64,000 nucleotides of DNA from an uncultured Planctomycetia bacterium (GCA_964451815.1 CAYVIW010000076.1:6210-70209); one strand, 5' to 3'; numbered from the stretch's first letter, positions 53,053 through 62,656 are shown. Notes: a model not told the origin generated them from the sequence alone. Translations and numbers: made by a program.

Positions 53053-53094
53053 TTAACCTGGTTAAATCAACCAGGTTAAAATAACCAGGTTAAG
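53053..53094. repeat. 3 x 14-bp palindromic unit element (copy 2)
   Basis: TTAACCTGGTTAAA / TCAACCAGGTTAAA / ATAACCAGGTTAAG. Confidence 0.85.
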
Positions 53095-53103
53095 ATTGGG
53101 CGC

Positions 53104-53132
53104 TTGATAGTCCGCATAACTAAGTGTATAAT
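53104..53132 (+). promoter_or_regulatory. Promoter of GH1 gene (leaderless arrangement)
   Basis: TTGATA-N17-TATAAT, 6 nt before ATG 53139; no SD. Confidence 0.7.
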
Positions 53133-53138
53133 CGTGTT

Positions 53139-54413
53139 ATGGGTGCTAATTCTGACAGGTTTCCAGGCGGGTTTTTATGGGGAGCGTCTACTTCGGCTTA
53201 CCAGGTGGAGGGCGGGAACACTTACTGCGACTGGTACGAGTGGGAGGCGGCCGGGAACTCCCAGATGTGCGGCGAGGCCTGCGGCCATTACCGCCTTTAC
53301 CCTGAAGACTTCGCCATGGCGAAAGAACTGGGCCACAATGCCCACCGCCTTGGTCTCGAATGGAGCCGGCTTGAAAAGACCGAAGGCGTGTGGGACAGCG
53401 CCGAATGGGACCATTACAAAAAGGCGCTGGATAAGCTTCTTGAATTCGGGATAGAACCTTTTCTGACCCTCAACCACTTTACTATGCCGCTCTGGCTGTC
53501 AAAAAAGGGAAGCTGGCTGAGCGATGAGTCGCCCTTTTTTTTCGCGCGTTTCGCCGAGAAGGCGTCACGCGAACTGGGCAGCCGCGTAAAATACTGGATA
53601 ACCATCAACGAACCCAACATACTTGCCACTCTCGCCTACTTCTGGGGGCAGTGGCCGCCCTGCCACAAGGATTTCAGCGAAACTCAAACCGTCCTCATTA
53701 ACATGCTGAAAGGCCATGCCCTGTCATACGCGGCTATAAAAGGATCCTCATCCGAAGGCGTAAAGCCTCTTGTGGGTGTGGCGAAAGCCGTGACAGCGTT
53801 CCACCCCTGCCGCCGTTCATCTCTTCAGGACCGTCTGGCGGCACATCGGAGAGACCGTTTCCATAACCATAGTTTCATATCGTCACTTCTCAGCGGACGC
53901 GTGGAACTGGCCGGAAGGAAAGAAAAACTGCCCGGCGCGGGAACGCTTGACTTTATCGGTCTCAATTACTATTTCAGGCAGTTCATACGCAATGACCGGC
54001 CTTTTTCTAAAGACCCCTTCGGCGAGGTTTGTTCCACCAGCCACCATCCGGGCTCGGGCGCAATAACCGATATGGGCTGGGAAATATATCCCCGCGGGCT
54101 CTATGAAGTAGTGAAAAGTTTCAGCAGATACCGCCTGCCTCTTTTTGTGACAGAGAACGGCATAGCCACAAGAGATGACGACACCAGAAAAGATTATATA
54201 AAAAACCATCTTCTAGCGCTTCTTAAAGCCATCAGCGAGGGCTCTCCAGTTAAAGGATATCTCCACTGGTCTCTTCTTGATAACTTTGAGTGGGATTCGG
54301 GATACAGCAAAAAGTTCGGGCTTGTAGAGGTGGACTTCGACACACAGAAACGAACTATCCGCGACTCGGCAAGATACTACAGCCAGGTTATCCGATCGGG
54401 AGAGGTGTTATAG
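53139..54413 (+). CDS. Glycoside hydrolase family 1 (beta-glucosidase-like)
   Basis: FLWGASTSAYQVEG, TINEP acid/base, TENG nucleophile, WSLLDNFEW. Confidence 0.95.
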   Translation: MGANSDRFPGGFLWGASTSAYQVEGGNTYCDWYEWEAAGNSQMCGEACGHYRLYPEDFAMAKELGHNAHRLGLEWSRLEKTEGVWDSAEWDHYKKALDKLLEFGIEPFLTLNHFTMPLWLSKKGSWLSDESPFFFARFAEKASRELGSRVKYWITINEPNILATLAYFWGQWPPCHKDFSETQTVLINMLKGHALSYAAIKGSSSEGVKPLVGVAKAVTAFHPCRRSSLQDRLAAHRRDRFHNHSFISSLLSGRVELAGRKEKLPGAGTLDFIGLNYYFRQFIRNDRPFSKDPFGEVCSTSHHPGSGAITDMGWEIYPRGLYEVVKSFSRYRLPLFVTENGIATRDDDTRKDYIKNHLLALLKAISEGSPVKGYLHWSLLDNFEWDSGYSKKFGLVEVDFDTQKRTIRDSARYYSQVIRSGEVL

Positions 54414-54429
54414 TAGACTCTACTTCCTT

Positions 54430-55371
54430 TCAGGCGAATATTCTCTCGTATTCCGCCTGTATCAGATCAAGCTCCTGGGTGCTGAGCTCAAGTTCCACCG
54501 CGCTCACATTATCCTTGAGCTGATCCGAAGTACGGCAGCCCACTATGCAGGATGGCACTATCGCGCGTGCCAGGACCCACTTTATCGCGACATGCGATAC
54601 CTGCGCTCCGCGCTCATCGGCTATTTCCTTGAGCACCGATACCATCTTTTTCGCCTTGCTCCAGTTAGGCTCCTTGTAGAACTGATAGAAAAAATCCTTA
54701 ACGTCACCTTTTTTTATCTCGGGAGGGTCGTTATATTTACCGGTGAGTATGCCGCCCCCCAGCGGGCCATATGGCAGTATGGAGATGCCTTTTTCTTCGC
54801 AGAAAGGCATCAGCTCACTTTCTATCCGCCTGTCCAGAAGCGAGTACTGGACCTGGTTGGTCTCTATCTTAGCGTATTCCATAGCCTTGGCGGTTTGCTT
54901 TTTGTCAAAATTGGATACGCCTATATGCCGTATCTTACCTTCTCTAACGAATTTATTGAGTTCGTCAAAAGTTTCCTTATAAGGCGTGGTGTCACTGGGC
55001 CAGTGGCACTGGTAAAGATCTATTGTCTCCACACCAAGGCGCCTCAGGGAGTTTTCAAGGTCCTTCCTGATAAACGCCGGACTCAGATCGACAGCTAATG
55101 CCCCGTCTTTTATCTTGAGCCCGCATTTTGTCGCTATCACAAGTCCTTCTCTCTTGCCTTTAATGGCCCGGCCTATTACCTCCTCGGACCTTCCGCTACC
55201 GTAAATGGGAGCGGTGTCTATAAAGTTCACACCGCTCTCAACGGCTTCCTCCACAACCCTCTGGGAAACCTTGTCGTCTACCTCCCCCCAGCAATCGCCT
55301 CCGAACACCCATGTGCCCAGACATATCTCCGACACTTCAAATCCCGTATCACCAAGTTTTTTGTATTTCAT
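54430..55371 (-). CDS. Aldo/keto reductase
   Basis: LGT, FIDTAPIYG, ATKCG, IDLYQCHWP, GKIRHIGVSN. Start ATG 55371 after GGAGG. Confidence 0.94.
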   Translation of the reverse strand: MKYKKLGDTGFEVSEICLGTWVFGGDCWGEVDDKVSQRVVEEAVESGVNFIDTAPIYGSGRSEEVIGRAIKGKREGLVIATKCGLKIKDGALAVDLSPAFIRKDLENSLRRLGVETIDLYQCHWPSDTTPYKETFDELNKFVREGKIRHIGVSNFDKKQTAKAMEYAKIETNQVQYSLLDRRIESELMPFCEEKGISILPYGPLGGGILTGKYNDPPEIKKGDVKDFFYQFYKEPNWSKAKKMVSVLKEIADERGAQVSHVAIKWVLARAIVPSCIVGCRTSDQLKDNVSAVELELSTQELDLIQAEYERIFA

Positions 55372-55439
55372 AGTTTGCCTCCCTGTGATCAATATTATAC
55401 ACCACATCCGCGGAGAATGTGAAAACCGCCATGAAAAAA

Positions 55440-55625
55440 GTAGCACTATACCACAGACGCTTTATCCAACTCACACAACTACAATAAGTTGCGACCTAAA
55501 CATGGGTGAACGCTCCCACTGCCGATCTATGATAAAAATGACAGGAATACCCATGTTTAGGTCACAAGTCCTTCAAAATAGGATGTTTAGATAAAGCGTC
55601 CTTAGGTTCAAGTAACTAGTGCAAC
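55440..55625. ncRNA. Candidate ~185-nt rod-like structured RNA / foldback (6S-like size)
   Basis: Nested inverted repeats 55443-48/55617-22, 55456-66/55590-600 (11/11) and 55489-507/55549-567 (18/19), separated by bubbles. Confidence 0.45.
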
Positions 55626-55747
55626 ACCCGTAGTCTGTTATAATGGCAGATGAAAGGAGTTGCTTATGAATAAAAATGGGGGCACGTTAAAAGGTTAATT
55701 TTCCAGACGGCACAAGTAGACTCTGGTGTCTGCGGTGTTTTGTGATA

Positions 55748-58700
55748 TTACAGCGAGGTATAGACCGCTTCCATGGCGCTTATGTAGTCCCGTATCTCCT
55801 CGTAGTTTATAAGTGTTATCCTTACAACTAAAGCCCCGGTAAAAAGTTTTGCCAGAAGCTCAGCCGGATTTTCTCTATATTGCGAAACTACCCCCATATC
55901 CAGATAACCGGCTCTTCCGAAATGTTCTATCATCTCACTAGCAAGATAACGCATGAACGGATCGTCCTGTTCCATTCCGAAATGAACCTTCAACCTTGTG
56001 TAGTTAAGAGACTGGGTAGCAAAGTGAAGGAGCCTTGGAATATTCTCAAAATGGCTTGCCGAACCCTCGTTCTGGCTAAAAGACACTTTTATCCGAGACT
56101 TAAAATCTCTGAATTTTTCCGTGTCCAGTAGACTGTTAACTTGGTCCCTTGTTGCCTCATTAACACAGTTTATAAGCGCCGCAGGAAACTGCTTTTCGCT
56201 CTTTAACATCTCATCTATAACACGTTCAAGCATTTTCTCGACCAGTTTTCCGTCAAACGAATGATAAGAAGTGTTGATGCCTTCTCTTGTGTACTTACGC
56301 GACATTTTTCGACCGTATCTCTCGGTGGTACTTTCGGAATAATAGTTGTCATTCTCATTACAGACGATATTGCGCACTCCTTTCCTCACGTTGTCTTGCA
56401 TGAACCTTATTTCTGTAGTAAGGGCCAAGTTGCCAGCTGGATCCATGTGGTCCTGGAGGCCATACAGAAATATACTTGGCCCTATCCGCCCGGCAATGTT
56501 AAAATCAATTTTCTGGTCTCTGATCTTTTCGAAATTATGTTTTATCAGGTTTTCTTCATCTCTTGTAAGTTCGCGTAGCTCTATTTCCTTCTGCGTTTTA
56601 TTAAGTTCGTTGATAAACCCTTCATCCCCTATATTCAAGGCTCTGTCAAAGTCCATAACTCCTCTCTCTATCATGACCTCAAGCCCTATCCTGGGCTCCT
56701 CGCCTACACCTTTGGCAACTGTATGGGCGTTTATCCCGCTCACAGCAAGCCCAGGCGAACCATGTATCATCTCATGCGCCAGCGCCATAGCGTGGGCCTT
56801 CGCTTTGGGGCTTTTCATACCTAAAAGCTCCTGATTAAGATATATAACCCGTTCACCCTCGATGACCCCGAAGTGACCCATGACCCTTTCATCCATGGCT
56901 ATGGCCTTTACAGTTATTTTCTTGTCTGTTATTTCCTGGATGATCTTAAGTATCTCTTTTCTTTCGTCTTCGGTCAGAGTACTCGGAATACCGTCCTTCG
57001 GCTTCATAAGATCTTCCAAAGTCTCGGCCAAACCACTTAGGTCGGGGCTTTCAGGTGTTATACGCACCTTCACCTCGGTACTTACCTCTGCCCCTGGATC
57101 CTTGTGCGACACCACAAGAAAACCGTTTTCCTCTCTTGTGGTAAATCCTTCTGTTTTAAGTTGTCCATCCGACCCCATGAACTTTCCGATATTGCCGGCA
57201 ACTGGGGCTAAATCCGACGCGGCAGGGGACAACAACCTCTCATATTCTTTTCTTTCTAATCTCCCGGGCTTCTCAAAAACCTTAATGTATTTTGGTTCAA
57301 ATATCCAGTCTTCTCCATGATCCGCCAACAATCTCTTGAAATAATTTGCCTTTTGCATTGTTTCGATCAGTTGGTCCGCATGGGCCTCTTTATCCTCGAC
57401 TGTGGCCATGGTGTCCAACCCTGGCAATAAGTATGCACCCATTTCCAACCAAGTGAAAACAGTGCTCCACTCCCCCGGGGCCTTCATTTCCAATAACCCT
57501 GCTTGACCAGTGACGAATCTCCCTTTTTCTTCGGAAAGCTTCTTGTCGGAAAGCTCCTGGTCCAGCCTGTAATGCTCATTAAAAAGACGCATCAACTCTT
57601 CTCTCTGCTCATCTGGAACCTCCAACATATTTGTCGCAAAATGACCTTGTCCACTTAAAAGCACATGCAAAATAAGCTGACCAGTGTCCCTCACATCTAG
57701 CGCTTCTTCCACTCCCCCCTTTTCTACATAATTTTTTGCAAATCGGGCTGCTTTTGGCAGATCCATCTTCTGCTGCTCATGCTGCTGTAGAAATAAACTT
57801 ATATTATCGTGTGCTAGGAGTCCACCTTCTGCAGCTAAAGCCGGATTGATAAAATTGTCAGCGATACTATTCCACATATGACGCGGGTAAACTCCCTCTT
57901 GAGCCAACAGCTGGTAAAACATAGACCAGTCTCTAACTATAAGGCGTTTCTTTCCCTCTGCCTTCTTTTCCTCTGCCTTCTTTTCCTCTGCCAAAATGTG
58001 TTCCCTTAGATAATAAGCCTTCCGGAAAAGGTTATCTATGATCGTGAGCACTTGTTCCTCAGTCGCCTCTTCTCCCTGGGATATTAACTGAGCTACTATA
58101 TCGCCCGCTATATTACCTGCGAGATGGTCAGTTGCCATTTTTTTTATGACTTCTTCAACCCAACCGCCTTCGAATCCGGCCGTCAGAACTACCGCATTTA
58201 TGAGTTCAGGTGTTATTGGGTTTTCGGACGACAAGATCTCATCTATGTCTTCAACACTAGTAGCGCCTATAAATGCTGGTAACAAGCGTTTCTCGAAAGT
58301 ACCGAACAAAAGATCTATCTGTTGCTCAAAGGACAATTCCCCGTGATACCCGTTGTAAAGTAAATACATAAAGAGCTGGCTTACACTGTCTGGTCTTAAG
58401 TCCTCTTTCGGCTTTAACAATTGCTCCATATTGCCGGCATCGATCGGGTCGGACTCCAAAAGATTCAGCAAGTATTCGCTGTCTTCATCGCCTATCATGA
58501 TCCTGCCCGATTCCAACTCTACTGCAATAGCATTAATATATGCCGTCACCTTCTCGACATCTTCCAAACTGCCTATCCTCTCTCCGACCTTTTCCCTTAA
58601 TTGCCCCATGGCTTCTTTGTCTGCGAACCAGCCCCCCAGATAACTCCATGCTTCTTCAAGGTTTCTGCTTTTCAGTTTCTCGATCGTCTCATTTACCGAT

Positions 58701-61700
58701 TTCCTATTAAGTCCAAGTTCCCTAAAATCTGGACCCTCTGCAATATTTTTTAGTTCTTCTAACCACGAATTGATCCGTGTTTCTCCGGCTTCACCTACAA
58801 ACGCCGAATTAAGGTCATTGACCATCTCGGCGGTTACTTCTGGCTCTTCAACTTCTAACAGGTCTCTTAATTTTTTATTCCTCTGGACCTCGTTCATGTT
58901 TTCGCCCTCAGTTAAGGCAATGTACATCGCCCAAATAGCTATCTTACTATTTTTATCCAGACCCGAGATAAGAGCATCTGCCGTGCCCTGTCCAAGAAAT
59001 TTTCTGAACTCAACATTAGCTTTTGCAGAATCCCTTATGATGTCTTTTTCCGGGTCCTCATCAAGAAGAAGCGAAACAAACTTACCCAGGTCACTCAGAA
59101 AAGTATCGTCGCTGTCAGCGGGCGTTTCACCCTTGGAGAGATCTTTTACAGCATTCTTTACTCTGTTATGGTGATCTCCTTCATATTTCTTATCTTCGAG
59201 ATGTTCGCGGAGAGATTTTCCATATGCGATATCGAATATCGTGGTTGCCAGACCGTACAGATCTGTTTTTTGCCCATATATACGGCTCTCTGTAGCTTCT
59301 CTTGGCAACCTTCCCGGTGTCCCCTTCGTTGCCGCCATTTCTACTCCTTTGCCTTCGGGATCATAGAGAGCTATGCCGAAATCCCCCAGTTTAATTTTAG
59401 GGTTTCCCGCATCATCAAGCGTTACAAAAATATTATCAGGCTTGATATCCGCGTGTATAACCCCCTTCTCATGCAAAGATCGAACTATCTGAACAAGCTG
59501 GTGTATTATCTGCTCTTTTTGTCTGGGGTTGAGCTCTCGCCCCTGGGTTTTTAGTTCATCGAGAAAAGACCGAAGGGACTTACCCCCGTGTTCCATAACC
59601 AGATAATCATGCTTTCTGCCATCTGCTCCCTCAAAACTGCCTGACTCAATGATGCCTATTGTGCCTCTATTCCCTGAAAGATACCTCATCACCAATACTT
59701 CTCTTATCCTAGAGACATTGTTCATTAAAAAGTTATTCCCTGTCCCGGCAGGATCGACTACTGTAGCATCGGAATCATAATAATGCTGACGATCGAAGAT
59801 CTTGACCGCTACTTCTTTTTTTTCGTCTCCGATCTTAGCCCCATAAACGGACGCGAACCCGCCTTTGCCCAGAAACCTGTTTTGAAAACGGAACGGATTA
59901 CGGTAAAAATTAAAATCGATTTTATTCCCGGAATACCCCATTATCCATTTCCAGTTTTTAGGTATTTGGGATACTTCAAGGGTTAATTCAGAGCCGATCC
60001 TGGGAGGACTGTCTGACTGCTGGTTTATCAACACGTCTGATAAAACCTGTCCGATCTCCCGATCAGGGAAAAAACCTGTTTCGGAAGATTTTTCGGTTAC
60101 CTCCGGAAAAACTATGGCGCTGAGCAGCTCAAGTTCTGCCTGAAGTTGCTCGTTTGTCATTCTGGTTAGATCCCTGCTGAAAACAATACGGAAAAGGTCC
60201 TCCCATTGTTGAGGCGTAAGCTCGGGTGTTTTAGAGCTAATAACCTTTTTGAGCCATGGGGCCTTCTTCGCGATCGCTTCATCAAGCGTGAGATCTAACG
60301 GGTCCACCGGGGTCTCCACTGCCGGACGCCTAGCCAGATAATCTCTCCGGGCGGTCCGCCTCTCCTCATCGGTCATGGACCAGACAGGTTTGTCCAGAAG
60401 ATCCGGGACCCGGGAAAGATCAACTTCTGTCTCTCCTCTTAAAAAGGCCTCTTCCACTCTCTCCGCGAAAAAATGATCGCCGTATATGCCGGCTATTATT
60501 TCGTGCAGGATCACCGCATCACGCTCATCACCTGTAAGATCGGCATTGATCCTTATTCCTCTCCCACCTGCATGTCCGCGGAAAGAAATGCCCTCTACCG
60601 TCCTCGCCAGGCTTTCACCTTGGCTGTTTTTCCCCACTGCCAGTATATCTATTTCGTCGGCTACAGCACCTAACCCAGCTTCACCAAGCCAATTTTTGAG
60701 CTTCGCCATAATTCCCTCAATATCACCTATGTCATTGAAAGCCCCTTCCGGCAGTTTTTCCATCTCAGCGTCCACATACTGCTGATGTACGGCGTCCATG
60801 AGAGCTCTTCTTGATACCACAACAGGAGAGTCCTCCATGCCCTTTATTTTGACAGAAAGCTCAGTATCGCTTACATCTATGCCGGCTATCCCCGCCTGTA
60901 AAGCTTCAAGTCCCCGTTCCTTTAGTATGAAACTCCGAAGCACGACCGATGTTCTCCAATTATCAAGACCTTCGGCGCCCCAGACATCCTCTCCAAGATT
61001 ATTGAGCATGCTGGCTATCTGCATCATGGAGCTCTGTGCCAGGGCCGAGCTCAACATCTGCTGAATGTCTGCGGTCTGGCCGGCCAAAAGGTCAAAATAC
61101 GGGTTCACATAATCCTTCTCCATGGTGAACTTGGGCATTATGGATACATAAGAATAACCCTGTTCTTCGAAAAGCGCGCAGAGGTTCTCGGTATGGAACC
61201 CTCCTGTCATTATTATTGCCGCTTCCCCTCCCGCCGGGACCTCCGAAAAAAGCATGTTCTCCACAAAAGCCTCATCACGTGCGAACGAATACTCATAGAA
61301 CATCATTATCTCGGCAAGATAATTATCGAGCCGAGAAATCCCCGGGGAGGGTCGTGCGGTAATGCCGTATCTGGGACCTTCTCTCGCGATAAATTTCAGG
61401 AAACGTTCAGCACTAAAAGAATCTTTGTTAGATTTGTAATAGGCAAAATCATTCTTGGTAAGCATTATCTTGAATATATTGTCTGTTAACGCCAGGTTCC
61501 TTGAAAGGATGTCCAGCTCCCTCTCCGTATCGCTGCGGAACAAAGGCTCCTTAACTGCTCTTTCGAGATCATCGAGTTCCTCCATGACCTTGAACCGGTC
61601 CACCGCGTCAAAAAGCGAAACATAAACTATGTAACCCGAAAGGGCCGGATAACCCGAAATATCAAAGCCGCATTCCCGCGCCTTTCCTAGGAGATAGTTA

Positions 61701-62656
61701 TAGAACTCTTTCAGCGATATGCGCTTTGTCTTGAACTTCACCGTAGTTGAGACAAGCTCTCTCATCTCCGCCGATGAGAGGATGGACTTCATGCGGTCAA
61801 TAAGAACGGTCCTCTCGGCATTGGCCTTTCGGAAATCAACGCTATCTTCCTTCTCCATGGCCTGAGCTATCAGGTAGATATTCGGGAAGGTCTTAACCGA
61901 AATACCCCTTTCCCTGGCGTTCTTTATCATAAAAGACAGGTATTCCCTGAACTCCATGTTGCCGGCCTTGTAAGAGCTGTAAGCCATGTCCATTTTCAGA
62001 AGGTCCGGTGTAAATATGTGACGTTTGAGATTATTAAAGATATGGCGCAGCTCCTTAAGGTACCCTTCTACCTCTTCCTTATAACGCAAAGAGTCGCGGT
62101 ACACCGCCAGGTTTTTCAGGTAAAGCTCTCTGTCCTCTATGCCCCATAGAGACACCCTGTCGAGGTTGTTTATGGCGTAGAACTCGGCTCCGTTAACCTC
62201 GCCCCTTTTCAGGAAATACTCTGCCACCTCGCGCCGTATCTCACCGCCCGAGATATTAGTGAAAACCGTAAGATCGTACTCCCCGGCTCCGCCTTCGAGG
62301 TTCAGCATGCTAATGCCATATTCCTTGTTTAGATAATCTATTACTCCGGATACCTTCTGCTGCGCGAAATAGTTACAATGCGCGTCCTGGATATGTATAA
62401 CGGTTCTCGCGGCATCACCCCTTTGGGAATACCTGACCTCTCCGAGATGCGCGGGCATGGTAAAGGTCTCAACATCCAGCGAGGCGTACCCTCCTGGGGA
62501 ATGAAGATCTTCCAGATCAACGTCAAACATAGCGTCCGACGCACCGAGCATAGCCTCCGAATCAAGAGTCAGACAGGAGATAAAGAAAACCGCGGAGACC
62601 GCGATCGCCGTCATCCTCATAAATATCCCTGTCTTTTTTCCGAAGATCATCTTCAT
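55748..62656 (-). CDS. Very large (2302 aa) modular secreted protein with internal Ser/Thr kinase domain
   Basis: Signal peptide; HIQDAH..LEGG..RD..GGFH N-domain; GKGGFASVY, VAVK, HADIKPDN, DFG kinase motifs; HEMIH motif; C-terminus AVYTSL. Confidence 0.9.
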   Translation of the reverse strand: MKMIFGKKTGIFMRMTAIAVSAVFFISCLTLDSEAMLGASDAMFDVDLEDLHSPGGYASLDVETFTMPAHLGEVRYSQRGDAARTVIHIQDAHCNYFAQQKVSGVIDYLNKEYGISMLNLEGGAGEYDLTVFTNISGGEIRREVAEYFLKRGEVNGAEFYAINNLDRVSLWGIEDRELYLKNLAVYRDSLRYKEEVEGYLKELRHIFNNLKRHIFTPDLLKMDMAYSSYKAGNMEFREYLSFMIKNARERGISVKTFPNIYLIAQAMEKEDSVDFRKANAERTVLIDRMKSILSSAEMRELVSTTVKFKTKRISLKEFYNYLLGKARECGFDISGYPALSGYIVYVSLFDAVDRFKVMEELDDLERAVKEPLFRSDTERELDILSRNLALTDNIFKIMLTKNDFAYYKSNKDSFSAERFLKFIAREGPRYGITARPSPGISRLDNYLAEIMMFYEYSFARDEAFVENMLFSEVPAGGEAAIIMTGGFHTENLCALFEEQGYSYVSIMPKFTMEKDYVNPYFDLLAGQTADIQQMLSSALAQSSMMQIASMLNNLGEDVWGAEGLDNWRTSVVLRSFILKERGLEALQAGIAGIDVSDTELSVKIKGMEDSPVVVSRRALMDAVHQQYVDAEMEKLPEGAFNDIGDIEGIMAKLKNWLGEAGLGAVADEIDILAVGKNSQGESLARTVEGISFRGHAGGRGIRINADLTGDERDAVILHEIIAGIYGDHFFAERVEEAFLRGETEVDLSRVPDLLDKPVWSMTDEERRTARRDYLARRPAVETPVDPLDLTLDEAIAKKAPWLKKVISSKTPELTPQQWEDLFRIVFSRDLTRMTNEQLQAELELLSAIVFPEVTEKSSETGFFPDREIGQVLSDVLINQQSDSPPRIGSELTLEVSQIPKNWKWIMGYSGNKIDFNFYRNPFRFQNRFLGKGGFASVYGAKIGDEKKEVAVKIFDRQHYYDSDATVVDPAGTGNNFLMNNVSRIREVLVMRYLSGNRGTIGIIESGSFEGADGRKHDYLVMEHGGKSLRSFLDELKTQGRELNPRQKEQIIHQLVQIVRSLHEKGVIHADIKPDNIFVTLDDAGNPKIKLGDFGIALYDPEGKGVEMAATKGTPGRLPREATESRIYGQKTDLYGLATTIFDIAYGKSLREHLEDKKYEGDHHNRVKNAVKDLSKGETPADSDDTFLSDLGKFVSLLLDEDPEKDIIRDSAKANVEFRKFLGQGTADALISGLDKNSKIAIWAMYIALTEGENMNEVQRNKKLRDLLEVEEPEVTAEMVNDLNSAFVGEAGETRINSWLEELKNIAEGPDFRELGLNRKSVNETIEKLKSRNLEEAWSYLGGWFADKEAMGQLREKVGERIGSLEDVEKVTAYINAIAVELESGRIMIGDEDSEYLLNLLESDPIDAGNMEQLLKPKEDLRPDSVSQLFMYLLYNGYHGELSFEQQIDLLFGTFEKRLLPAFIGATSVEDIDEILSSENPITPELINAVVLTAGFEGGWVEEVIKKMATDHLAGNIAGDIVAQLISQGEEATEEQVLTIIDNLFRKAYYLREHILAEEKKAEEKKAEGKKRLIVRDWSMFYQLLAQEGVYPRHMWNSIADNFINPALAAEGGLLAHDNISLFLQQHEQQKMDLPKAARFAKNYVEKGGVEEALDVRDTGQLILHVLLSGQGHFATNMLEVPDEQREELMRLFNEHYRLDQELSDKKLSEEKGRFVTGQAGLLEMKAPGEWSTVFTWLEMGAYLLPGLDTMATVEDKEAHADQLIETMQKANYFKRLLADHGEDWIFEPKYIKVFEKPGRLERKEYERLLSPAASDLAPVAGNIGKFMGSDGQLKTEGFTTREENGFLVVSHKDPGAEVSTEVKVRITPESPDLSGLAETLEDLMKPKDGIPSTLTEDERKEILKIIQEITDKKITVKAIAMDERVMGHFGVIEGERVIYLNQELLGMKSPKAKAHAMALAHEMIHGSPGLAVSGINAHTVAKGVGEEPRIGLEVMIERGVMDFDRALNIGDEGFINELNKTQKEIELRELTRDEENLIKHNFEKIRDQKIDFNIAGRIGPSIFLYGLQDHMDPAGNLALTTEIRFMQDNVRKGVRNIVCNENDNYYSESTTERYGRKMSRKYTREGINTSYHSFDGKLVEKMLERVIDEMLKSEKQFPAALINCVNEATRDQVNSLLDTEKFRDFKSRIKVSFSQNEGSASHFENIPRLLHFATQSLNYTRLKVHFGMEQDDPFMRYLASEMIEHFGRAGYLDMGVVSQYRENPAELLAKLFTGALVVRITLINYEEIRDYISAMEAVYTSL
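57948..57992. repeat. In-frame 15-bp tandem repeat x3 (AEEKK AEEKK AEGKK)
   Basis: TTCTTTTCCTCTGCC repeated three times with one mismatch. Confidence 0.85.

Noticed and set aside
53109-53136. dif-like site (AGTCCGCATAA resembles a XerC arm)
   Set aside because: The right arm GTATAATCGTG does not match the XerD arm TTATGTTAAAT and is explained by the GH1 promoter.
55464-55592. Integron attC site
   Set aside because: Only one end fits RYYYAAC/GTTRRRY, the inner stem is too far from the R boxes, and there is no integrase or cassette array.
57948-57992. 15-bp tandem repeat as a phase-variation switch
   Set aside because: The unit is a multiple of three, so copy-number change keeps the frame; likely simple slippage in a linker.
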